NCBI GenBank assembly: GCA_030390025.1
Contig: CM059431.1
Span: 110,362,001-110,426,000 of the forward strand
Reading direction: 5' to 3'
Length of the DNA stretch: 64,000 nt
From: Squalus acanthias
Lineage: Eukaryota
Below, one piece after another: positions 1 to 13,650 of this stretch. The translations under genes were made by a program, and so were the position numbers. Below the pieces are notes generated by a model. It made no database searches and was not told the origin of the DNA. It worked only from the letters and a program-made list of their open reading frames with translations. Positions within the stretch are counted from its first letter, which is position 1. Each line of letters begins with the position of its first letter.

Positions 1-502
1 TGTCCAATAAGGTGGAGTAGCACAGCACTTACTCTCTTTAGGTGAAGTCTCAGAGAAATTCTGGAATAAATGTTGCTAGAGTGTTGGTGAAGTCTTGACA
101 AGCGTCCCGAGAAAGTCTCCCGATGTGTCTCAAAAGTCCTCTTCAAACCTCCAGCAGCAAGTGAGCAGTGAAAGCTGAGCATGGCTTTAAGTAGCGCTCG
201 AAATCCTCAGCAATGACTTGTTTACTCCTGTTCAGCTGGTCGCTGTTAGGAGAGGTCGTTAATTGAAGCGCTATCCACCAAAAGGCTGTGCAGCCTCTTT
301 AATGAGCGCTAGCGGGCAAGTTAATTGTAAATCAGACCCTTAACGATCGTCCGGGCGGCCGTTCCTAGCGCGTGCTTAAACTCCTTTACCAAGATGGCGT
401 CTTGCACTGAAGGCGGGCTATATTGGCATTGCAGCTTAAGACCCCATCTTGGCCACCTCGGAGGCTATTTAGCATCTAAAGCATCCGGGGAAAATTGCCC
501 CC
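1..502. mobile_element. Right end of a Harbinger-type DNA transposon (runs off the window start)
   Basis: GC-rich subterminal region resembling 41740-42098; ends in GAAAATTGCCCCC, similar to the TIRs of other Harbinger elements in the window. Confidence 0.5.
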
Positions 503-544
503 TTTATGTTTTAGTCCATATACAGTGTATATGTTTTAGTTCAT

Positions 545-603
545 GGGGTCAATTTTAACTTTTCCCGCCCATTTTCCACCCTGCCCGTTTTAAAATCAAC
601 CCC
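545..603. mobile_element. Minimal ~60-bp MITE consisting almost entirely of TIRs
   Basis: GGGGTCAATTTTAA ... TTAAAATCAACCCC imperfect terminal inverted repeat. Confidence 0.55.
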
Positions 604-884
604 TTACATGCTTCTTTTCTGACATGTAAGAAAACCCGTCACTATAATTAAAAATTTCCAAACCAAACTTCAGAGAAATCCACAGGAAGGGTTTTTATTT
701 GCCCAATATGGACTCTCAAAGGACACAGCCCATTCAGTAATGCCAGAGAATTTCGATGCAGGTTAGCAAGCCAGGATTAGGAACTGCCACATGTGCATAG
801 GCATACTTTTGGAATTTAGCTAACTAAAACCATGCAGCTTGCGACCACAGAATAACTAGAAAGCTTCCTGCTCGGTTTTGATAG

Positions 885-1750
885 TCTCATCCTTGTGTTC
901 AAATCCCTCCGTGGCCTCGCCCCCTTCCCTATCTCTGTAACCGCTTCCAGTCCTACAACCCTCCGAGATCTCTGTGCTTATCCAATTCTGGCCTCTTACG
1001 CATCCCCGATTTTCATTGCTCCTCCATTGGCGGCCGTGCTTTCAGCTGCCTAGCCTCTATCTCTGGAACTCCCTCCCTAAACTTCTCCGTCTCTCTACCT
1101 CTCTTCCTTTAAGTCGCTCCTTAAAACCTACCTCTTTGACCAAGCTTTTGGACATGTGTCCTAATATCTCTTGGGATGAGAGGGCTGTCCTATGATGAGA
1201 AATTGTGTAGATTGGGCCTATACTCTCTGGAGCTTAGAAGAATGAGAGATGACCTCATTGAAACCTATAAGATTCGGAGGGGGATTGACAGGGTAGATGC
1301 TGAGAGGTTGTTTCCACCGGCTGGAGTGTCTAGAACTAGGGGGCATAGTCTCAGGATAAGGGGTCAGCCATTTTAAGACTGAGATGAGGAGGAATTTCTT
1401 CACTCAGAGGGTTGTGAATCTTTTGAATTTTCTGCCCCAGAGGGCTGTGAATGCTGAGTCTTTGAGTATATTCAAGGCTGAGATAGATAGATTTTTGGAC
1501 TCTAGGGGAATCAAGGGATATGGAGATCGGGCAGGAAAGTGGAGTTGAGGTTGATGATCAGCCTTGATCTTATTGAATGGTGGAGCAGGCTCGAGGGGCC
1601 GTATGGCCTATTCCTACTCTTACTTCTTATGTTCTTATGTTCTCTTTAAGTGACTCGATGCCAAATTTTGTTTGATAACACTCCTGTGAAGTGCGCTGTG
1701 ACATTTTTACTATGTTAAAGGCGCTATATAATTGCAAGTTGTTGTTGTTA
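885..1750 (+). mobile_element. L2-clade LINE 3' fragment interrupted by a CR1 insertion (L2 parts ~885-1172 and ~1641-1750)
   Basis: Same sequence as the copies at 7409, 26318 and 33606; ends in AAAGGCGCTATATAA...GTTGTTGTTG. Confidence 0.8.
1173..1640 (+). mobile_element. CR1 LINE 3' fragment
   Basis: Encodes MRGLSYDEKLCRLGLYSLELRRMRDDLIETYKI...TRGHSLRI (CR1 ORF2 C-terminus); (TTCTTATG)n tail; TCTCTT on both flanks is a possible TSD. Confidence 0.85.
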
Positions 1751-3036
1751 CCAGCTCGAACCACCCTATCTATTTGGATATTGGTTTGCATAGTTGTCTG
1801 GAGCCAAGTGGGAATAATCTCAACCCTAGTGATAGGTCTATCGCTTTCGGTTCCATTCAATTATTAACAGTGCCCTGGAGTACAGGAATACCTGGCTCAT
1901 GTATCATATTACTGGATCTACCAGACACGATTGTCTCAGTTCCAATCTTGCTTCACTAGCTGTGTCACCTTGGGGTCAACATGAACTCAAAGAGACCCTA
2001 TATGCCTTTTTCTCTTCCCCACCAAGGGGAATAACAGCAGTTTGCATTTATATGACACCTTTAACTTAATAATGTCCCAATGTGGTTTACAAATAGACAT
2101 ATTCAAAATAATGACAGGCGCCAGTTGGTTGTTAGATAATGGAATTTAGTCCATCTATTTTTTCCTGCAGCCATTCTTAGAATGCTCATTTGATTGTATA
2201 TATATATGTACAGAGAACATTTATTCCACGTGTAACCTAACTTCATACCTTCATAAAATGAGAACGCGGCAGCTAAAAGTGGGTTATGTAGAACAGGCCA
2301 CAATTAGAATTCTATCCTTATCACATGGACAAACATAAAACATTAAGCTATCATGAAAGTACAAAAAAATACAGGCACTTCTGCCAGTTCTGTTAACTTT
2401 TTGAAAGTTATTGGGTGGGTTCATTAACACCTGATAAATCTTTCTTTGTGGGTATTCGTTTTCATTGAGGCAAAGTGTGCCCAACAGTGTGTCAAAGGAT
2501 GTTGTTGCTGCAATGGATTGCTAGGCCCCAAGAACTCCAGGTCAGACATCGGCCTCGGGATGAATTTTCCGGGGTGGTAGCGGGCGCGATCGGTGGCGGG
2601 TCAGGTGGGAATGGTTTTTTTTTTGGACAGCGGGTCAGGAACCTGCTGCGCCAGCCAGCGAACGCCCGAACCGAGAGGCCCGAGGATCGATGGAAATCTG
2701 TCCCCGGGCCTCACCAGTGTCGGGCCTGAGCTGTCGTCGCTAATTGCGCCTCCGCAGGCGGCTTGCCTGAGCAAAGACGTCAAGGTCGAGCTGCCTGCCT
2801 CGCCGGCAGCTGCCCTCAGGTATGTCCTGGGATGGAGGGGGTTGGAGAGGGCTATGGGGAGGTGGGGGTGGGCGCCAGCGACTCCTGTGGAGTCAGATCT
2901 ACTCCTTGTGGCTCCACAGAAAGGGTTTTTAAAAAAAAATTAACACTTACTATAATGTATTATCACATGGTTTGGTATGAGCATGCTCAGCTCTCTTGGG
3001 CCTAATAAAGCGAGCACATGGACTAGCGACTCATCG

Positions 3037-3840
3037 GGGAGAATTTTGCCAGCCCTGGGGAGGCGGGACTGCCGGGAAAATGGCAGAGACTGGGAGCGGC
3101 TACCAACCCCGCTCCCAACCCGCCTCCGTGCCATCTTCCCGGGAGGCGGGTCCCCAAGTCCCGCAGGGACCCGTCTCCTCGAGGCGGGAAGGGGATTACA
3201 GCTATTTAACTGCCTGTTAAAGAGGATTATCCCCATTTTACCCCTGCGAGTGCGGGCTTCCCGACGGCTGCGAACCTCGCCAGGGTCAGCGAGGCGAGTA
3301 GTGGGTCTGCAGGGGTGAGAGGGATCGAAAAGTGCGCTGTGAGGTGAGTGATGGGTGCAAGTGTGGAGAGGTAAGTATGAGAGGTGAGTTTAAAGTGTTA
3401 GAAAAAGTTTACTTACCTTTGTTTCTTCCTTCAGGTTTCAACCCTTGGGGATCCGGAGGTGCCTCATCTCAACGGCAGAGATGACAGAATGCATCTGAGA
3501 ATGCAACAGCCATCTGATTTCTGCTGAGGAAAGAGGTTTTGGTGAGTCTTCAGTACAAGGGCTCACCTTAGAACAGAGATTGTCAGTGTTGGACAGCTTC
3601 TCAAAGCTGTCAAACGCTGACAATTCATCTGTCAAAATTTTTGACAGATGAAACATCATACGCTGACGTCCTCTGTCACCGGCTTTCCCTTAATTGGCCG
3701 GCTAAGCCCGCAGGGTGGGCTCAACAAGGTCAATTAAGGGAAAGTAGCGTGGGTTGGCCGGACGTCGTTGGGGGGCGGGACTAAAACCCGACAAGCAGCA
3801 GTCCCGCCCCCAACGCGCCCTCATTGACAAAATCCAGCCC
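3037..3840. mobile_element. GC-rich MITE / non-autonomous DNA transposon
   Basis: GGGGAGAATTTTG...CAAAATCCAGCCC imperfect terminal inverted ends; GC-rich block in an AT-rich background. Confidence 0.5.
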
Positions 3841-4715
3841 ATCGTGTCTCTGTCCTTTATTTGCTCTACCCACATATATTACACTTACCTTTTGTTGGCG
3901 GCCGTGGGGGGGCTGCTGAAGAATCTTGAGCAGGGCTGGCCTGACACCTGCCCTGCTCGTTGCCAACGAATTTTGAAAAGGGGCCATTACCAGGTATTAA
4001 GTCCCTAATTTGCATGTCTAAGGGGCCGAACGACAGGCCCCCACGAATGTAGCAGTCAGACCAACTCCTGCGGAGGTCGGGCGCAGGCTGTCCCACTGCT
4101 CATTTGGTATGCCAAGCACCTGGGTTTCTCGGTGTAAAATGGCGCATCGCTGACCAATTTCTACCCCATACTCTACTGTTATAGCATGTCCTAAGTTGGA
4201 AATTTGCCATATTCAGCAGATGTTATTGTGCAGTTCATGAAGTCACTTTCCTGCCGGATTTACATATGAAGACATTTTTGTTTTTCTTTAGCTCTTTTCC
4301 CTTGCCTGTCCTGAAGATCGTGTATCATTCCCCGACTGGGAGCAAACAGCCAACATGTTTCTAGGCCTCTGCTAATGCAATAATACCTGCCGTGAGGAGG
4401 TGTACGGAGGCAGTCAATTTGATTTACCATCCCTTCTTGTGTGAAGTGCTCATCTATACTTTCCCATGCTTGCAACCTCTGGTAGTCTGGATTAGATCAG
4501 GATTTCACTCTATGGGAAAATCCCAGTTTTGAGCCTGCATCTTACTATTCCATTATGCGCCCAACATACTACACCATTGGGCTGTCTAATGCATGTCTTA
4601 TTTTGACTCAAAAATACAAAGTCAAAACTTGTATGGCACCATGAAATGACTTGCTCAGTGGAGTTCCATCTTCAAAAAGTGTCAGAGTGTTACATTAGAC
4701 TTTAATAAGTGAATA

Positions 4716-4968
4716 AGGACTGAGATGAGAAGAAATTTCTTCACTCAGTGGGTTGTGAATCTTTGGAATTCTCTACCCCAGAAGGCTGTGGATGGTCAGT
4801 CGTTGAGTATATTCAAGGCTGGGATCGATAGATTTTTGGACTCTGGAGGAATCAAGGGATATGGGGATCGGGTGGGAAAGTGGAGTTGAGGTCAAAGTTC
4901 AGCCATGATCTTATTGAATGGCGGAGCAGGCTCGAGGGGCCGTATTTCTTACGTTCTTATGTTCTTAT
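4716..4968 (+). mobile_element. CR1 LINE 3' end fragment
   Basis: Closely matches 1375-1640; TTCTTATG tail. Confidence 0.8.
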
Positions 4969-5084
4969 AAATAAGCAAATTTAATGAACAAAAGATGATC
5001 AAGTGATTATATAACAGTAATGTCTATAGATTATTAATATTCTTGTGTAGGGCATGCACTTACTGTCGACAAACTTGGCAAACA

Positions 5085-7190
5085 ATGAAGTAGAACACAA
5101 TGGGGAACATTTAAAACGGTGTTCAACAGAGTCCAGGAAAAATATATTCCGCTAAAAAAAAGAACAAACTAAACACTAATGAGACACCATGGATGAATAA
5201 AGTCATAAGGGAAAAATTGAGGGTAAGGAAAGAGGCATACATTAAGTACATGGACAGCAGAGGAGAGCATGATAAGGGAGAATATGAAGAGATTAGGAGA
5301 GAAGTCAAAAAAGCAATTAGGAAGACAAAGAGGAACTATGAAATTAAATTATCAAGGAACATAAAACAAAATAGTAAAATATCTTACAGGCACATAAATA
5401 AAAAAAACAAAGGTCAGGATGGGAATAGCGCCACTAAGGGATGGACAGGATAATACCACAGGCAGCGATAGAGAGATGGCAGAAATATTGAATATTGACT
5501 TTGCTTCAGTATTTACCAGGAAGATCGAACAGGTGGATATGACATTGGATGATAAGAGTAGTAATGTGATAACTGCATTTAAAATAAAAAGAGGAGATAT
5601 ATTAAATAAACTAATCAAACTCAAAGAGTATAAAACCCCTGGTCCGGACGGATTACATCCGCGCATTTTAAAAGAATCTAGGGATGAGATAGCAGAGGCA
5701 TTACTACACATATTTAATAATTCATTAGAAAATGGTGTAGTGCCAGAGGACTAGCAGATAGCTAACGTAATACCTATATTTAAAAAGGGAGATAGAACAT
5801 GTCCATGGAATTATAGACCAGTCAGCTTAACATCGGTGGTAGGAAAAACAATGGAACCCCTACTAAAGGAGAAAACAGAAGAACATCTAGAAACCAAAAA
5901 TATAATAATGAATAGTCAGCATGGATTTCAAAAGGGAAAGTTTTGCTTGACCAACCTCATTGAATTTTTTGATGAGGTAACAGAGGGAATAGACAAGGGT
6001 AATGCAGTAGATGTAACTTATCTAGATTTTCAAAAGGCCTTCGATAAGGTACCACATAATGGACTAATGAATAAGGTCAGAGAATGCGGAGTCAGGGGAC
6101 AAGTAGCAGAATGGATAGCTAGCTGGCTTCAAGACAGAAAGCAGAGAGTAGGGGTAAAGGGTAGCTATTCACAGGAATTGGTGTTCCACAAGGATCAGTG
6201 CTGAGACCGCTGTTGTTCACAATATATATTAACGATTTAGACTTTGGAATCAAAAACACAATTTCTAAATTTGTGGACAACACCAAATTGTGTGGGGATA
6301 GTCAATACTGAGGAGGACTGCGACAATTACAGGAGGACATTAATAAACCTGCAGAATGGGCATATAATTGGCAAATGAAGTTCAACACAGATAAATGTGA
6401 GGTATTACATTTTGGTAGGATGAATAGGGAGGTCACTTATTACTTGGGTGGGGTAGAGGAACAAAGGGATCTCGGAGTACAAATACACAAATCACTAAAA
6501 GTAGCGACACAGGTTAACAAGATCATAAAAAAAAGCAAACCAAGCACTAGGGTTTATTTCTAGGGGGATAGAATTGAAAAGTAGTGAAGTTAGCTAAACT
6601 TGTATCGAACCTTGGTGAGATCACACTTGGAATACTGCGTACAGTTCTGGTCGCCATGTTATGAAAAGGATATAGAGGCACTGGAGAGGGTGCAGAGAAG
6701 ATTTACAAGGATGATACCAGAAATGCGAGGGTATACATATCAGGAAAGGATGAACAGGCTAGGTTTCTTTTCTCTTGAAAAAAGAAGGCTGAGGGGTGAC
6801 CTAATAAAGGTCTTTAAAATTATGAAAGGTTTTGACAGAGTAGATACAGAGAGAGTGTTTCCACTTGTGGGGAAGAGCACAACTAGAGGCCATCAATATA
6901 AGATAGTCACCAAGAAATCAAATAGGAAATTCAGAAGAAACTTCTTTACCCAGAGAGTGGTGAGAATGTGGAACCCGCTACCACAGGGAGTGGTTGAAGC
7001 GAATAGTATAGACGCATTTAAGGGGAGGCTAGGCAAGCATATGAGGGAGAAGGGAATAGAGGGTTATGCTGATAGATTTAGCTGAGGAAAGACGGGAGGA
7101 GGCTCGTGTGGAGCATAAACGCCGGCATGGACTGGTTGGGCCGACTGGCCTGTTTATGTGCCCTATATCCTATGTAATCTTATGTAAATT
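5085..7190 (+). mobile_element. 5'-truncated CR1 LINE with degraded ORF2 reverse transcriptase
   Basis: ORF fragments with KTPGPDGLHPRILKE, QHGFQKGKFCLTNLIEFF, YLDFQKAFDKVPH and YRTLVRSHLEYCVQFWSP; several frameshifts and stops; TATGTAA tail. Confidence 0.92.
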
Positions 7191-7408
7191 TATTTCCTGC
7201 TATCACAGTTGTTTGGTAGTAAAACAGAGGAAGATCTTTGTCTTGTGACTGAATGAATCAAATGAACACTAAGCTAAGGCTAGACAAAAATAATTTATTT
7301 TGATCATACCAGGAATCCTGAACCTGGACATATTCATTAGTGTCAGTGCATCATTGGGTAAGCAGTGGATTTAAGGTTAATGATTCACCAATTTTGTCCG
7401 TGATTTTG

Positions 7409-7770
7409 GCCTTGCCCCCTCCTTATCTCTGTAACCTCCTCCAGCCCTACAACCTTCCGAGATCATTGATCTCCTCCAATTCTGGCCTCTTGTGCATCCT
7501 CGATGTCCATCGCTCCACCATTGGCGGCCGTGCCTTCAGCTGCCTTGACCCTAAGCTCTGGAATCCCTTCCCTAAACCTCTCCATCTCGCTACCTCTCTC
7601 TCCTCCTTTAAGACGCTCCTTAAAACCTACCCCTTTGACCAAGCTTTTGGTCACCTGTCCTAACATCTCCTAATGTGGCTAGTTGTCAGATTTTGTTTGA
7701 TAAGGCTCCTGTGATACGCCTTGGGATGCTTTACTACGTTAAAGGTGCTGTATAAATGCAAATTGTTGTT
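7409..7770 (+). mobile_element. L2-clade LINE 3' fragment
   Basis: Encodes PPYLCNLLQPY...STIGGRAFSC...LWN...FKTLLKTY.FDQAF; GTT tail. Confidence 0.8.
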
Positions 7771-8237
7771 GGTTTTTGTTGTGATAGGGCAAACAGTTCA
7801 ATGGTCTATGGATCTAGAAGCATAACACTGGTATAGCCTTTATCCAACAGATACATCAAACTTCCTTCATTGATTCTGCAAGTGTGGTTAGATCCTCAAA
7901 GGTTTATGCTGGGACCAGTGGTGGTGCTGATAAAAATTTGGGGGGGCTTTTGTCAATTGTGGCAGTGGGATGAGGTGGGTAGAGTTTGAATGCCTAATTT
8001 TGGAAATGAGTTTGATATCCTTAGATTGGTTTAAATTTGTCTGAACTTGGGCATAGAACATTAGGTGATCTACTCATTCAATACAGGTTAAATGTCACAA
8101 TGGCTTAATTTGCATGCAAGTAGTTCAGATTTATTGTTCAATTCTTATTCAGCTGTACTTATTGGACCAGAACATATCAGAAATAACAACAACAATATTG
8201 AACAAATATGCTGCTAAAGAGTGGTCTCCGATTTCTT

Positions 8238-9000
8238 GTACAAACAGCGATTTACTTGTACTTCTTGCAATCTAGTATACTGTATTCGCTGCTCACGATG
8301 TGGTCTCCTCTACATTGGGGAGACCAAACGCAGATTGGGTGACCGCTTTGCGGAACACCTCCGTTCAGTCTGTAAGGGTGACCCCGAGCTTCTGGTCGCC
8401 TGTCATTTTAATTCACCTCTCCACTCCCACTCAGACCTCACCATCCTCGGCCTCTTGCATTGTTCCATGGAAGCTCAGCGTAAGCTCGAGGAACAGCACC
8501 TCATCTTCTGATTAGGCACTTTACAGCCTTCCGGACTCAATATCGAGCTCAACAATTTCAGATCATAACCTCGGCCCCTACATATATATATATATATATT
8601 TTTTTTTTTATCCACACTTTTGGTTTGTGCCTTTTCACTTTTTTTTCTCTCTCCCACATGGCAGCTGTCTTTCATTCTGCCAGCGCATTTCACACTTCTA
8701 GAGCCATCTTTTGTTTCTTAACCTGTCCTATTACCATCTCGTCTCGCCTTGAGTATCTCTTAATGTCTCTTTACTTCCCACAGACCTTCCCTTTTGTTCT
8801 TTTATTCCCTCCCCCCAGCCTCCAAACTTGCTTTTTCATCTGTTTCATTTCCTGCTTTTTTCTCAGTTCTGACGAAGGGTCTTCGACCTGAAACGTTAAC
8901 TCTGTGTTTCTCTCTCCACGGATGTTGCCTGGCCTGCTGAGTTTTTCCAGCGCTTTCTGTTGTTATTTCAGTTTTCCAGCATCCGCAGTATTTTGCTATT
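8238..9000 (+). mobile_element. Penelope-like element 3' part: GIY-YIG endonuclease plus pLTR
   Basis: FTCTSCNLVYCIRCSRCGLLYIGETKRRLGDRFAEHLRSV is a Penelope GIY-YIG motif; followed by a pLTR with a hammerhead core. Confidence 0.85.
8864..8903 (+). ncRNA. Minimal hammerhead ribozyme in Penelope pLTR
   Basis: CTGACGA-AGGGTC-TTC-GACCT-GAAAC-GTT: conserved core boxes, a stem II and a palindromic mini stem III. Confidence 0.7.
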
Positions 9001-11228
9001 GTCTCAGATTTCATGTTGCCTGGACTTCAGATTATTATCAGGGTAGCAATATGTGCCAGATGTTCATTTCAATTTAAGTAACAGGAAATAGGATGGCAAA
9101 CTGGGCCTGATCAATCAGCTAGTTTGCTGTGAAACAAAACTTGTATAGGACAGCATCATATTACAAGTCTGCCGCCATGTTCTGTGGTGCCATGTGTTGG
9201 AGCTGAGCCATTCAGGCTTGCTAGATACTACGTCAATGAAAGGTTTACTCGAAAATCATGTAGTTGTTCCAAATAGAGCAATTTGAATTTTGTACCGTCA
9301 AGTGGTTCAAATGCTAATGATGTTGCCCCTAAACCAGTAGTTTTTGGGTCCAAGGTCTAATGGTAGAGTTAAATTGACAACACTAAAGCGTGCTTTTATG
9401 CAACATTAGTGTTTGAATGTGAAGCTGAACTGTTACGGTTCAATGACACTAAAAAAAGAATTGTCTAGCACAGTCTTCAGGATGTATGCTGCAATATGTG
9501 GTAAGTAAAGTATAGGGATGTAAGAGTACTGAAACGTAATCATTTACTATTTTTATATGTGAGCAGTCATTGTCTTCATTCCTCCATCTTACTACGGCAC
9601 ATCTGTCAACATTGTGGCATAGTTTGAACCAGAACTAGCTTCCTTTCGCTCTCAATATCTAAACTCTCTGGTTATTTTGTTTAAATGCTTTTCTTTAAGT
9701 TCGCGCTATCATTCTTTTGTGAATAGCACAGCAAAACTGAGCCAGACATCAGCTAACAAAGAATAAAGTTCACTTGATCTAGGGTAGTGATTTCTGTTGT
9801 TTAAGAGTGTCAATTAGATTGTAGGTATATCAATGATCAGTGGATTATACAAGTATACATGAGCTCCAACTCCAGTGGATGGCTTTCACACACAAGTAAA
9901 ATGTACTGTTCAGTTCCTATACAAAGCTGAATATTTCATTTTTCTTTTTTCTGGAGTCCCTTACATCTCATGTTCCCAGTCATAATAGATAAATGGGATC
10001 CGAGTGACTGGATCTGGGAAACACAGCATAATGAATAACAATAGGTAAACAAAAGAGCTCCAACTATGAGTTCATTCTTCATCTGTCTTCTCCGAGTCTT
10101 TTTATTTCTTCCACTCCAAACTCCGCAGTGTCCAAACTTAATACCCTTGTGAAAGTTAAGCATATGATGGTACATTATTTTAAACTGGCCCGAAACCAGT
10201 TTATCTCAGGGATTTAGTCACTGCTGGACAGAAAGAGGATCTTGCATTTCTATAGCGCCTTTCACGACCTCAGGACATCCTAAAGCGCTTTACAGCCGAT
10301 GAAGTACTTTTGAATGCAGTCACTATATGGAGGTTAATGCCTCTATTAAAATAAAGGAAATGGAATTTCAAATGGATGGGTTAGTATTTGTATACTCCTA
10401 CAAATGGTGCCTTTTCACAACCCAGTATCTTCCTTCTTTAGATTCCTCTTCTTCCACATACTAATCCCAAAATTCCTTGTGCCATGATCCTGCTGCAACT
10501 GCCTGAATCACATTCGATAGTGCCCTACACCGCCTCATTTTGTGGGTCAGATGGGAGCATATCTCTGGTGCCTGCCTGCCATAATTCCGGTGCCTTACTG
10601 ACTTTGGGAGGTGGGTTTGTCTATTGGCCCCGAGTAAGAGAAATAATCTCGCAAACATTTTTTAAAAATAAGTTATTTGGAGTGCCATGGCTGCTTGCCT
10701 GGCCTGGATCTCACTGGTGGGGTCCACATTTGTCCTTGTGAAAGCCAGTACACTTCCACACACAGAATGAGCATCAGGAGAGGGAACACTTGGCTTAAGG
10801 AGTCTTCACCCCTGGCTCTGCCCCAGCACGTCATTTTGCTTTGTAAGGGGTTGATAGACGTTCCGCCCCTTACAAAGCATTGAAGAAGCTCCCAGAAACG
10901 GGTACAACCAGGGTCTCTACAATTTCTACCAGTCTCGCACTGGAGTTTATGGCAGAAGACTAGTGGATCCCCTGAGGAATTTTGGGCCAATCTTGCAGCT
11001 GAGAAGAAGCTCATTCTCAAATTTGTTCCAGTGCAGTTCTATAAGCGGCCAGCAAGAGGTGTGCCACAGAACTTAAGGTTGGTTTGTCCATTGTTTTTAT
11101 TCTCTCTCTCTCACTCTGATTTCCATTAAATACCTCCCCTCACCACTCATCACCTAGTAGAAAAATGATCATACCTCTCTTTGCCATTTTCTGTCAGATA
11201 TGATTGAGATTAGGAATTGTCTAAACAA

Positions 11229-11660
11229 CTCGCCTCTGAGTCAGAAGGTTGTGGGTTCACAGTCCCACTCCAGAGACTTGCGCACAAAAATCTAGGCTGA
11301 CACTCCAGTGCAGTGCTGAGGGAGCACCACACTGTCAGAGGTGCCGCCTTTCAGATGAGACGTTAAACGTCTGCTCTCTTGGGTGGATGTCAAAGATCCC
11401 ATGGCACTATTTCGAAGAAGAGCAGGGGAGTTATCCCCGGTGTCCTGGACCAATATTTATCCCTCAGTCAATATCACTAAAACAGATTATCTGGTCATTA
11501 TCACAGTGCTGTTTGTGGGAGCTTGCTGTGCGCATTTTTGGCTGCCGTGTTTCCTACATTACAACAGTGACTACACTTCAAAAGTACTTCATTGGCTGTA
11601 AAGCGCTTTGAGACGTCCGGTAGTCGTGAAAGGTGCTATAGAAATGCAAGTCTTTCTTTA
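11229..11660 (+). mobile_element. tRNA-derived DeuSINE (SacSINE1-like) with L2 tail
   Basis: B-box-like GGTTCA(A/C)GTCCC, central domain GATCCCATGGCACTATTTCGAAGAAGAGCAGGGGAG, and an L2-like 3' end; many copies in the window. Confidence 0.75.
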
Positions 11661-11949
11661 TTTTTGTTTTAAATAAAGATTGGGGCAAGTGCACATGTTC
11701 TAAATTATGTTGGTGCAGTGCATTGATCAAATTATTATTTCATGTGCAGTGTTTTGCTCAGTACATATGATAGTTTTCAACTGCAATGAACTGGAGTGTA
11801 GTTTAAAACAAAATGAAAATAGACAATTGATACGAGGGGTTAATATTAACCATCGGGTCGCTGTATGATGGAATGCGTCAGCTGGCTGGCTGATCCTGGA
11901 GCTTAAATTATGAGGACGTCTTGCATAGACTAGGCTTGTATTCTCTTGC

Positions 11950-12323
11950 ATATAGAAGATTAAGTAGTGATCTAATTAAGGTGTTTAAGATGATTAAAGG
12001 ATTTGACAGGGTAGATCGAGAGAAACTATTTCCTCTGGTGGGGGGAGTCCAGAACAAGGGGACAGAACCTTAAAATTAGAGCTAGGCTGTTCAGGGGTGA
12101 CGTCAGGAAGCACTTCTTCACACAAAGGGTAGTGGAAATCTGAAACGCTCTCCCCTAACAAGCTGTTGAGGCTGGGGGGGTCAATTGAAAATTTCAAAAC
12201 TAAGATTGATAGATTTTTTTGTTAGATAAGGGTATTCAGGGATATGGAACCAGCCATGATCTAATTAAATGGCAGAATAGGTTCGAGGGGCTGAATGGCC
12301 TACTCCTGTCGCTATGTTCCTAT
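11950..12323 (+). mobile_element. CR1 LINE 3' fragment
   Basis: Degenerate CR1 ORF2 C-terminus and 3' UTR with TATGTTCCTATG tail. Confidence 0.7.
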
Positions 12324-13551
12324 GAGGCCTGGCCCATTTTGAGGCTGGGCCTCATTCCCTTGCCGTCAGTGAGCTGCACACCCCTCGAGGCCGACCCGTC
12401 CTGCAGGAAGTTAGACAGGGGGGGGGGGGGTGAGGGGGGGAGGGTGCGTTCGGGGAAAGAGGGTGGGGTGGTGGAGCATGGGATGGCAGAGGCCCGCATT
12501 ATTCTCCTGGAGCCAGGAGGGGCACTCCTGCTTTTCCTGGCCCCACAAAAATAAGTATAGGCACTTATCTTTTTGGGCATCTTCTGTCAGGTTTTACTGA
12601 GCGGTGCTTCCACCGCACAATCTCTGCACAGTAGGCCAGGAAAATGTAGATCATAGGACCCCTATTTGCATAGATTAACGATGCTCTTGTCTGATTCATG
12701 CCAGTGGAAAGCGCCGCGGAAAATGGCGGCGGAGTGGGAATGGGGCCGTAAGTCTGCCGCCTCCATTTTAACTCTGCTACCGCCCCATTTTCGCTGGAGG
12801 GAGGGAGTTAAAATCTCTTCCGAGAGCTTTTGAGCGCTCAAACCACGTGCCACAATTCAAGAAAATGCCATTGCAAATGCTTGTATCTGTTGCACTACGT
12901 CATCCTATTGTGAAGGTTGCGTAGAAACTGACAGTAATTGGGTGAAATGCTTGCCAACATTTATTTTCCGTGGTTCCTGCCCTTGAGACCAACCGTTATC
13001 CGTGCAGCTGCAGCAGCAGAAGTGGTACAAAATATGACTCAACTGATCAAATACCGGAACAGCGTGGAACTCGTTAATACTCGCTGTTTAGTGGCATGGG
13101 AGAGTTCAAGCAGAGACATCCAAAAGCCGGCTGAATGAGCTCTGTTCATTCTGAGCATTCTACATAGAGCCTACATATTGTTGCGTTTCTGGGTTTTTTA
13201 CTCTCAATATTTTCCTTGGGTTCAGCAGCTCAAACCACTTCCATCAGTCAAGCTTCACTTCCCTTTGAACTAGAGTGAGCCTTTACATGCCTTTACATGC
13301 CCAACATCGAGGCAATTTGTAGCGAGCCCAGGGATTGAACAGAAAACCATTGTTGATGATTTCGGCATAATGGTTATATTGCATGTCCCCATGGGACTTT
13401 CCCCTGGCTTCGGAAGGCAGTAAAATAACCATTCCTCTAGACAGGGCCTTAGTCCATAACTAGACGGATGGATAAGTGAATAGAAGCAATGACATTCTGT
13501 AGATTTTCAATAGTTACAGTCTCAACAAACAGAGTGCAGGCAGCTCACCTG

Positions 13552-13650
13552 TTCTGACGAAGGGTCGCGGACCTGAAACGTTTGTACTCTGTTTCTCGCT
13601 TCACGGATGCTGCCTGGCCTGCTGAGTGTTTCCAGCATTTTCTGTTTTCG
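13552..13650 (+). mobile_element. Solo Penelope pLTR fragment with hammerhead core
   Basis: CTGACGAAGGGTC..GACCTGAAACG followed by GATGCTGCCTGGCCTGCTGAG, as at 8869. Confidence 0.65.
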
